A stretch of 35,264 bases of DNA, from contig JBDNHS010000348.1 in assembly GCA_041688685.1 (NCBI GenBank), positions 1 to 35,264 on the forward strand, read 5' to 3'. A program made the position numbers and the translations under genes. This DNA comes from Candidatus Kapaibacterium sp. (GTDB lineage: Bacteria; Bacteroidota; Ignavibacteria; Kapaibacteriales; UBA2268). Shown here piece after piece: positions 17,280 to 24,524 of this stretch (position 1 is its first letter; each line of letters begins with the position of its first letter). The notes under the pieces were generated by a model that saw only the letters and a list, made by a program, of their open reading frames with translations, was not told the origin of the DNA and made no database searches.

Positions 17280-17338
17280 TGCACTCATTTGCACTCTTTT
17301 TTGTTGCACTGCTCCCATTCAACATCCTTTTATGCACT
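17280..17338. repeat. cluster of four TGCACT boxes (iteron-like)
   Basis: TGCACTC at 17280 and 17290 (10 bp apart), TGCACTG at 17305, TGCACTA at 17333. All are in the same orientation, in a ~40% GC ORF-free stretch. Confidence 0.6.
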
Positions 17339-17503
17339 AAACTGCCCTCTTTTTCTTAAATTCTTTCTTGTATAACACAAATTCAAAATATGCAAAATCT
17401 ACATAAATACAGACAGCGTACCTTTTCTATTATTGTAGTAATAGAACTATAAGAGAGAAGTATCTTTCAAATATCTCTGAATCAACACCCACCCAAAAAA
17501 CCA

Positions 17504-19927
17504 CTAAACTCGCAAAAAACCTAAATCGTACACCATTGGATGTAATTTTTCACTCAAACTTTTGTATGCAGACTCAAATGGCTTAAAGCTCACTGGTACA
17601 AAATCGCCACTTGAATTGCGATGCTGTAATGCCTTACGCACTTGATACCACCCAACATCCGCTCTGGATAGTTTCAGTTCGTCTCGAACACTCCTTACGT
17701 CAGTATGCCTAAAATATTCCTGCCATAACTTTTTGCCTTCTTCTAATACCAATTTCGCCTCTGCTGAAAAGCAACCTCCCCCAGCCCCTCCAATAGATGG
17801 TAGCGAAGAAATATACTGCACCATAAAATCACTCTCAAACCTATCTGGTGCGCCCACTTCCGCCTCTGTGAATGGTATAAAGTGATTGACTATATTCCAA
17901 AATTTGCCATTCCATTCCAAATCATTCGCACTCGCTGTAAGATTACTGCCGTTGAATAACATCCACATCAAACAATCACTTTTGAACTCATCGCTCAATG
18001 GTTTAGTGGGTTGCAAAAATTGGTCTCGGTCATTCAGCCAAGTTTGTTTTATAATTTTACGTGTTGTAAACATTACACTTGTTTCTGAAATATTTTGAAG
18101 ATTTATATATAAGCCATGTCCATCTCCATATACTGAAGATAAAATACATGTTGCTTTTGAATTCTGAATATCATTCCCTTTATATATTAAATATCCAATA
18201 CCATTGTCAGACCATGTTCTTGTTGGAGCTTTTCCAATACTTGGTGAAACTGCATTTTTTAATGGAATTGAAAGAAAACCATTAGTTCTTGTTCTTTCAA
18301 CCCAAACATTTAAAAAAGTATTATTGGGTAAATTGTAAAAACTTTTTGCACCAATCGGATTTACATTTTTATCTAATACTTCTACTTCAATTTCAACAAA
18401 TGGCTTTTTTATATTTGAATTATTTTCTGTTTTCCAAATCAAAAATCCAATTGGGAAATTACCCTTAAGCCCATCAAATGATTTACTATGTACTACAAAT
18501 CCGCCAAGATATTGAGCATTCCAATTTTCCCTAAATTTTTCAAAGTTAGGAGCATTTACATATTTTAATGTACTGAACATTGCAAGTGAAGCACTTGGGA
18601 TTTCTTTTGCTATTCTTGCTACAAATTGAGTAAATAGTTCATTACTTGCTTTGCCATAATCTTTCATTGATTTTGCTGCAAATTTAGTTTTTGCTACTCC
18701 AGATTTATTTTCAGCATCCAAACCTCTTGCAGTATTATCTGCATTCGTAGCTTCAGCATAGGGCGGATTAATTAGCACTAAAATCTTTTTGCCCTCAGCA
18801 ATAGCTTTACGTAAAGATTCGGGTACTTTATTGGTAATTGAGTAGTCAATTTTTCCATCGTCAGTAATATCATCATTTAGATAATCATACTGAAACCTAT
18901 TTGCCGAAACGCAGGTTTTGGTCGCTTTCATTACATCAATATCGGCTTGGTCGAGTGTGGACATATAGATATTACGAGGATTACTGTGCTTTACCTCCAA
19001 ATTTCCAACACCACAGCACATATCCCAAACTATATATTCTTTTTGCCAATTTTTGCCCAAAGTGTCGGTCAGTTTGTCATAAGCCTTATCTACCACAGCA
19101 AGCGGCGTATAGTATGCCCCTTTGAAACTTCTTTCATCAATAGGAATTAAACTGTCTCTGCGTTCTAATAGATAATTACGATATTCTGCTTTTGGTGGTT
19201 TGTGATAAATTGCCCAAAACTGTCGGTATCCTTCCTTATTCCCTAATTCATATAATTTGCCACCGAGCGAAAAAACAGGCGAATTATTTTTGTGTAGCAA
19301 TTCTGCACTTAGATTTTCGTGAGTTGAGACTGTGCCATCGTGCATAATATCAGCAAAAAATAGTAGGGCGTAGTCTTCTTCTGCCACTCCATTGATTTCA
19401 CGTCCAATCATAACAACCCATTTATCAAATACTTGTTTTAAGTTATCAGGTGTGATTTGGGTACGGATAATATCGCCATTTTTGATAGCGTTTTTTATAG
19501 TAGAGATAAACTCTTCTTCGTGTGTATCAATTCTAAAAGAGACAAAGTGTGTCCCAATGTGAGCTGAAACGGCGTCCAACGCTTCTTGAGTGTAGTTGCT
19601 GGCAGATCTTCCCCATTTTATAGTTTTTTTGGCGAGAAAAGGAATTACGTCTTCACTTTTCATAATAGCTGCTTTTTTGGTATCAATTACGCACAAAAAC
19701 GGCGGAATATGCTCACCAGTATTTAGAGCTATTTGGACATAGTGCATCAGCTGTGTGAACATTTCATAAGTGGAGATTTTGCCAGTATCTTTTGCTTCGA
19801 ACCAAATTTCTTTAGTTTGTATATCAATTAGATTTTTTTGGTATTCTTTTAGCCCTAATGCTTTGATATAAATATCTTTAACATCTTCTTCGCTGGTCGC
19901 TTTTTTTAATCTTTCGTTTAAAGTCAT
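17504..19927 (-). CDS. single-polypeptide PD-(D/E)xK nuclease-like + gamma-class N6-adenine DNA methyltransferase + C-terminal recognition-like region (Type IIG/IIL R-M candidate)
   Basis: N-terminus: D35 ... E44-A-K46 (LIDIQTKEIWFEAKD) preceded by an acidic helix. FxGxG-like motif I IVWDMCCGVGN. Substrate motif KGAYYTPLAVV. Motif IV NPPY (residues 387-390, nt 18758-18769). About 400 further aa lie downstream. Confidence 0.75.
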   Translation of the reverse strand: MTLNERLKKATSEEDVKDIYIKALGLKEYQKNLIDIQTKEIWFEAKDTGKISTYEMFTQLMHYVQIALNTGEHIPPFLCVIDTKKAAIMKSEDVIPFLAKKTIKWGRSASNYTQEALDAVSAHIGTHFVSFRIDTHEEEFISTIKNAIKNGDIIRTQITPDNLKQVFDKWVVMIGREINGVAEEDYALLFFADIMHDGTVSTHENLSAELLHKNNSPVFSLGGKLYELGNKEGYRQFWAIYHKPPKAEYRNYLLERRDSLIPIDERSFKGAYYTPLAVVDKAYDKLTDTLGKNWQKEYIVWDMCCGVGNLEVKHSNPRNIYMSTLDQADIDVMKATKTCVSANRFQYDYLNDDITDDGKIDYSITNKVPESLRKAIAEGKKILVLINPPYAEATNADNTARGLDAENKSGVAKTKFAAKSMKDYGKASNELFTQFVARIAKEIPSASLAMFSTLKYVNAPNFEKFRENWNAQYLGGFVVHSKSFDGLKGNFPIGFLIWKTENNSNIKKPFVEIEVEVLDKNVNPIGAKSFYNLPNNTFLNVWVERTRTNGFLSIPLKNAVSPSIGKAPTRTWSDNGIGYLIYKGNDIQNSKATCILSSVYGDGHGLYINLQNISETSVMFTTRKIIKQTWLNDRDQFLQPTKPLSDEFKSDCLMWMLFNGSNLTASANDLEWNGKFWNIVNHFIPFTEAEVGAPDRFESDFMVQYISSLPSIGGAGGGCFSAEAKLVLEEGKKLWQEYFRHTDVRSVRDELKLSRADVGWYQVRKALQHRNSSGDFVPVSFKPFESAYKSLSEKLHPMVYDLGFLRV

Positions 19928-20050
19928 AAATAGATTTCATTCAAGTATTGAGTTTTTATTTATTACAAAAATAAGATATTTTATTGATAATTTGTTAGTT
20001 TTATTTATTTTAATGTCTTTACCTTGATATACTTGATAAAGAAAAGAGTT

Positions 20051-20180
20051 AGAGGATTTACTTCCTCTCCTTGCCTACCACGTATCCAAATCCAAACACC
20101 AACTGGTAGCATTAGCCGGAGATTATTGGTTAATAGGTAGAAATAATTATCTTCGGAAGCATTGGGTCTTGACCCAATGC
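20051..20180. other. ORF-free GC-elevated segment of four consecutive hairpins (candidate structured RNA or leader; strand unknown)
   Basis: AGAGGA/TCCTCT (20051-20068); CTACCA/TGGTAG (20075-20109); a 12-bp arm CCGGAGATTATT/AATTATCTTCGG with one mismatch and one G-U pair (20116-20156); the perfect hairpin GCATTGGGTC-tt-GACCCAATGC (20159-20180). Confidence 0.3.
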
Positions 20181-20268
20181 ATAAAATAAATACTTGCTGT
20201 TTTTTTATTCAAATAAAAAATACAAAGTTTCGTTATAACTATTCATTTAGTTAAATTGATATATTATA

Positions 20269-21225
20269 ATGAAAATAAATAAAAATTTCTTTCAAAATAT
20301 AACTGCATTAAATGCCAAACAAATAACTTTTATTATAATTGCAATTTTTACTTTATCGCCTTTTAGTTCTCCAGCTTTGTCTCTATTTTTAGGAATATTG
20401 AGCACATTTCTTATACCAAAAGTATTCAATAATTTGAATAAAATATCCAAATATTTACTGCAAATTTCTGTCGTAGGACTTGGCTTTGGAATGAATATTA
20501 ATAACGCTATTAAAGTGAGTCAAGATGGGTTTTGGCTGACATTCATATTTATTTTTGGCACCTTAGCATTAGGTCTAATTTTTGGCAAAATATTCAAACT
20601 TCAAGACAAAACAGCAACTTTGATTACTTCAGGCACTGCGATTTGTGGTGGAAGTGCAATAGCAGCAGTTTCGCCAGTTATCGAGGCAGAAAATGAAGAC
20701 ATTTCTGTAGCTATGGGGATTGTATTTTTATTAAACTCAATTGCATTACTAATATTTCCAATTTTAGGGCATTATTTTGGTTTAAGTCAATATCAATTCG
20801 GATTGTGGTCTGCAATTGCAATACACGACACAAGTTCGGTTGTCGGAGCAGCACAAAGCTATGGCAGTGAGGCACTTAAAATCGCCACAACTATTAAATT
20901 AGCAAGAGCATTATGGATAATTCCACTCACGGTTTTATTCGCATTCTTGTATAAGAAAAAAGGCAAATTAAGCTCATTCCCTAAATTTATATTATTTTTT
21001 ATAGTTGCAATGGCAGTAAACACCTATTTCCCAATTATCGAACCTTTATCAGTAGTTTTGGTAAGTTTAGCGAAAAATGGATTAAATCTCACATTATTTT
21101 TGATTGGTGCTGGTTTATCACTCGAAAATATTCGTAAAGTTGGATTCCGTTCCATTTTATTTGGTTTGCTGCTATGGATTATAATATTAACATCTTCGTT
21201 ATTGGTAGTAATTAATTTCTATTAA
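20269..21225 (+). CDS. YeiH/UPF0324-family membrane protein (putative sulfate exporter family)
   Basis: Polytopic membrane protein with the family-typical TSGTAICGGSAIAAVSPVI and IHDTSSVVGAA segments. Confidence 0.75.
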   Translation: MKINKNFFQNITALNAKQITFIIIAIFTLSPFSSPALSLFLGILSTFLIPKVFNNLNKISKYLLQISVVGLGFGMNINNAIKVSQDGFWLTFIFIFGTLALGLIFGKIFKLQDKTATLITSGTAICGGSAIAAVSPVIEAENEDISVAMGIVFLLNSIALLIFPILGHYFGLSQYQFGLWSAIAIHDTSSVVGAAQSYGSEALKIATTIKLARALWIIPLTVLFAFLYKKKGKLSSFPKFILFFIVAMAVNTYFPIIEPLSVVLVSLAKNGLNLTLFLIGAGLSLENIRKVGFRSILFGLLLWIIILTSSLLVVINFY

Positions 21226-21234
21226 TTTTGTAAT

Positions 21235-21560
21235 TTTGGAGAGTAGTGGGAATGAAAAGATATACGAGACGGAATATTCTCTCGTAAGCTTGGAAAAAAG
21301 GTGTATGGGTTGCCTTTGACTACGTTCAGGCAACGTGGAAATTCTTCGAGTTACATTCTCTGATGTGAAGATTAGATAAGTCTTATTTAATTGCAGTTAT
21401 GAGGTGGATTTGTTTTCTTGAAATCCTTCCCAAGTCAACAGTAAAGCAGGATTAACGGTGGGTTACATACAACAAGACGCAACTGAATTATGTCTCTTCA
21501 ATTAGAAAAATGTAAGAATACGAGGAAGACGACTCGCCGATCGTCTCTACATTTAGAAAA
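21235..21560. other. ~320-bp ORF-free GC-elevated segment with several stable hairpins (candidate ncRNA or decayed element)
   Basis: Hand-counted GC is 38% (21241-21300) and 45% (21301-21360), against ~15% in ordinary intergenic DNA (7081-7140). Hairpins: ACGAGA/TCTCGT, TTGCCT/AGGCAA, GGATTT/AAATCC, AGACGA/TCGTCT. No ORF of 60 aa or more on either strand. Confidence 0.3.
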
Positions 21561-21577
21561 ATAGAAAAAATTCAGAC

Positions 21578-21607
21578 AAAAAATAGACAGGCAATAGTAC
21601 CTGTCTA
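21578..21607 (-). terminator. rho-independent terminator of hslU
   Basis: On the minus strand, TAGACAGG-tactattg-CCTGTCTA (8-bp stem) is followed by TTTTTT, 26 nt after the hslU stop. Confidence 0.7.
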
Positions 21608-21632
21608 TTTAAATAAATTACTCAGAAATCTA

Positions 21633-23069
21633 TTATAATATATATTTAGTTAAGTCTTGGTTTTTGATTATGTCGCCAAGGCTATTTTTTACTTTTTCTT
21701 CAGTTATTATTATATCTTTTACATCTATATTATCAGGTGCATTGAATAATATGTCATCTAAAATTGTAGTCAATATTGTGTGTAGTCTTCTTGCACCAAT
21801 ATTAGTAACTTCATCGTTCACTTTGGCTGCCGTTGCAGCTATTTCCCTAATCCCACTTTCATCAAAATCAAGGTTTATCCCTTCTGTATCCATCAAAGCT
21901 TTATACTGTTTGATAAGTGCATTTTGAGGTTGCGTAAGGATTTTAATAAAATCATCTTCTGTAAGTGAAGACAATTCTACTCTAATTGGAAATCTACCTT
22001 GCAATTCTGGTATTAGATCCGATGGTTTGGCTACGTGAAAAGCACCAGAAGCAATAAATAGAACATGATCAGTTTTTACTTGACCATATTTGGTATTTAC
22101 ATTACTACCCTCAACAATTGGCAATAAGTCTCTCTGTACTCCTTCTCTAGATACCTCGCCACCCCCACCATTACTACTACTACGAGAGGCAACTTTATCA
22201 ATCTCATCAATAAATATAATACCCAAATTCTCTGCTCTATATAAAGCTTCTCTTGTAACTGCGTCGTGGTCGATTAATTTCTCAATTTCTTCTGATTTAA
22301 TGAATTTTTTGGCTTCAACAATACTTAGTTTTTGTTTTTTCTTTTTCTTTGGCAAAATATTGCCGAAAACCTCGTTCAAATTCATTCCCATATCGTCCAT
22401 ATTACCCATAGGTCCCATTATTGAGATTCCTTTTACTGAGTCAATTGAAATATCAATTTCGATTTCTCTTTGGTCTAATATACCTTTGCGGAGCATATCT
22501 CTGAATTTTTCTCTTGTATCTTTATTTTCGTTTACTTCACTTTCAGAAGTCAAATCAAATGAAACACCTGTTTTGACAATTGGGGGAACAAGTATATCCA
22601 AAATTCTGTTTTCGGTATTAATTTCAGCCTGTGTTTCTTTGCTTTCTCTTTGTTCTTCTTTGACCATAGCCACAGATTTTTCGACCAAGTCTCTAACCAT
22701 AGATTCTACATCTCGACCAACATAGCCCACTTCGGTAAATTTAGTTGCTTCCACTTTTATAAATGGAGCGCCCGCTAATTTAGCTAATCTTCTGGCAATT
22801 TCAGTTTTTCCAACCCCAGTTGGTCCAATCATAATGATATTATTAGGCATAATTTCATCTTTGATTTCGGAAGTTACATTTTGTCTTCTCCATCTATTTC
22901 GAAGAGCAATAGCCACAGACTTTTTGGCAGCTTCTTGACCAATGATATATTTATCTAATTCCTCGACAATTTGTCTTGGAGTGTAGTTGGCATTCGCCAT
23001 AATTTTAAATTCGTTATTATTTTGACTGTTATTGTCTTGATCTACAATTGTAAAATTTATATCGCTCAT
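21633..23069 (-). CDS. hslU: ATP-dependent protease ATPase subunit HslU
   Basis: TPRQIVEELDKYIIGQ, Walker A GPTGVGKTEIARRLA, FIKVEATKFTEVGYVGRD, Walker B GIIFIDEIDK, PELQGRFPIRVEL. The true start may be the ATG at 23000 (MANANYTPRQIV). Confidence 0.95.
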   Translation of the reverse strand: MSDINFTIVDQDNNSQNNNEFKIMANANYTPRQIVEELDKYIIGQEAAKKSVAIALRNRWRRQNVTSEIKDEIMPNNIIMIGPTGVGKTEIARRLAKLAGAPFIKVEATKFTEVGYVGRDVESMVRDLVEKSVAMVKEEQRESKETQAEINTENRILDILVPPIVKTGVSFDLTSESEVNENKDTREKFRDMLRKGILDQREIEIDISIDSVKGISIMGPMGNMDDMGMNLNEVFGNILPKKKKKQKLSIVEAKKFIKSEEIEKLIDHDAVTREALYRAENLGIIFIDEIDKVASRSSSNGGGGEVSREGVQRDLLPIVEGSNVNTKYGQVKTDHVLFIASGAFHVAKPSDLIPELQGRFPIRVELSSLTEDDFIKILTQPQNALIKQYKALMDTEGINLDFDESGIREIAATAAKVNDEVTNIGARRLHTILTTILDDILFNAPDNIDVKDIIITEEKVKNSLGDIIKNQDLTKYIL

Positions 23070-23161
23070 TATTTTTTATTTTAGTTTAAGATTATTATTT
23101 ACGAAAAAAGAAAACGCTTTTTGATGAATGAAAAATTAAAGAAGATTATATTTATTTATAG

Positions 23162-23467
23162 TTATTTAGAATAGATTTCAATTCCAATTCTATCAATATG
23201 ATCTTTTAAATTTATGCTTGATATTTGTTGGTATATTGAGATATCGAACAAATAAGGAGAATCTAATTCATCAATTTCAGTTTCTATGTTATTTAATATT
23301 GAATTAGTAATATTATTTCCAATTAAAGTAATATCTATATCAGAACCTTCTCTAAATGTTCCTTTTGCTCTCGAGCCGTATAATATTACAGAATTAATTT
23401 GATTATACTTCGAAAATATATTCTTTATATTTAATAATAAATCTTCTGGTATTCCAAAATCATGCAT
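23162..23467 (-). CDS. minimal nucleotidyltransferase (MNT, HI0073-like), antitoxin partner of HEPN
   Basis: LYGSRAKGTFREGSDIDITL is the GSx10-DxD polymerase-beta-type NTase motif. 101 aa. Confidence 0.85.
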   Translation of the reverse strand: MHDFGIPEDLLLNIKNIFSKYNQINSVILYGSRAKGTFREGSDIDITLIGNNITNSILNNIETEIDELDSPYLFDISIYQQISSINLKDHIDRIGIEIYSK

Positions 23468-23487
23468 AAAGTCTATAAATTACCAAA

Positions 23488-23904
23488 TTATTTTGAATTT
23501 AATATATTTGTCATTTGATTAAATAGTTCTTCAAATAAGGGCAAATATAAATCTTTAATTTTCGTATATTCTGTCTCTAAAATATTTTTATCATAAGTAT
23601 GTACAGTATTATTCCTACTTCTAATCATTTCAATCCAAATCTTACCATTTGAGATTAAGCCAATATTAAAAGAAGTCTTTACAGCATCACGTGATCCATT
23701 AATATTTTGGTATCCCTGCCAAATTAAATAGTCTTTTAATAATTTCCAAGATAATTCGTGAGTAAATTCAAACCTTTGAATTATCCCTTCTTTTATAATT
23801 GGTAATTGTGTATTTTCATATAACTCGAAGGCTTCTTTTAACTGAAAATAAGCTTTTGAGTAATTTTCTAACCTTTGTTTCCATCTAATATCATTATCTG
23901 ACAT
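23488..23904 (-). CDS. HEPN-domain nucleotidyltransferase substrate-binding protein (HI0074 family), toxin partner
   Basis: RFEFTHELSWKLLKDYL and the Rx4H motif RNNTVHTYD. I prefer ATG at 23904 (MSDNDIRWKQRLENY), which has GAGAGGAAGAA directly upstream, over the track start at 23958, which overlaps hslV. Confidence 0.85.
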   Translation of the reverse strand: MSDNDIRWKQRLENYSKAYFQLKEAFELYENTQLPIIKEGIIQRFEFTHELSWKLLKDYLIWQGYQNINGSRDAVKTSFNIGLISNGKIWIEMIRSRNNTVHTYDKNILETEYTKIKDLYLPLFEELFNQMTNILNSK

Positions 23905-23915
23905 TTCTTCCTCTC

Positions 23916-24464
23916 TTATAACTCTTCTAAAGTGATGTTGGTATTGGTATAGATGCAAATATTACCAGCTATTTTTAGTGATTCTTCCACAATAGCTTTT
24001 GCTTCTAATTCAGAGTGATTTAGAAGTGCAGTGGCAGCAGCCAAAGCAAATGCGCCACCTGAACCAATTGCTACAATATTACTATCTGGTTCGATTACAT
24101 CTCCTGTGCCTGATAATAGCAAAAGTTGATCTTTGTTCATTGCGACCATCATCGCCTCTAATTTCCTCAAATATCTGTCGGTTCTCCAATCTTTTGCAAG
24201 TGCAATTGATGCTTTTACAAGATTACCTCTATTTGCTTCTAACTTTTCTTCAAATCTCTCGATAAGTGTGAAAGCATCGGCTGTACCACCAGCAAATCCA
24301 ACCATAACAGAGTTGTTGTATAGTTTTCTTACTTTTTTGGTAGTATTTTTCATTACGGTGTTGCCCAAAGTCATCTGTCCGTCAGAGCCGAGAGCCGCTC
24401 TACCATTTCTTATAACGCCAACGACGGTAGTCGATCTTAATTTTTGCCCATTCAAATCTATCAT
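23916..24464 (-). CDS. hslV: ATP-dependent protease proteolytic subunit HslV
   Basis: [10 protein letters not shown]...[13 protein letters not shown]...[12 protein letters not shown]...[13 protein letters not shown]...GSGG...AGNICIYTN...LEEL is near-canonical HslV. About 11 aa precede the catalytic Thr. Confidence 0.95.
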   Translation of the reverse strand: MIDLNGQKLRSTTVVGVIRNGRAALGSDGQMTLGNTVMKNTTKKVRKLYNNSVMVGFAGGTADAFTLIERFEEKLEANRGNLVKASIALAKDWRTDRYLRKLEAMMVAMNKDQLLLLSGTGDVIEPDSNIVAIGSGGAFALAAATALLNHSELEAKAIVEESLKIAGNICIYTNTNITLEEL

Positions 24465-24524
24465 TTTATTTCTTTTTTTAGTTTTAGTAATTTTAATTTA
24501 AAATATTTCAATCATATTTTTATT

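Noticed and set aside
21235-21560. Identification of the structured segment as RNase P RNA, tmRNA or SRP RNA
   Set aside because: The conserved cores I know (GAGGAAAGUCC for RNase P; GGGG...UCCACCA ends with a tag ORF for tmRNA; the GGAA tetraloop helix-8 context for SRP) are absent on both strands. Only scattered short resemblances occur.
22090-22725. 211-aa ORF on the plus strand
   Set aside because: It lies entirely antisense to the highly conserved hslU. The translation is low complexity (S/L/I/F-rich). This is a shadow ORF.
23905-23958. N-terminal extension of the HEPN ORF (track start at 23958)
   Set aside because: It would overlap the hslV 3' end. The ATG at 23904 has a purine-rich ribosome-binding site and gives the expected HI0074-family length.
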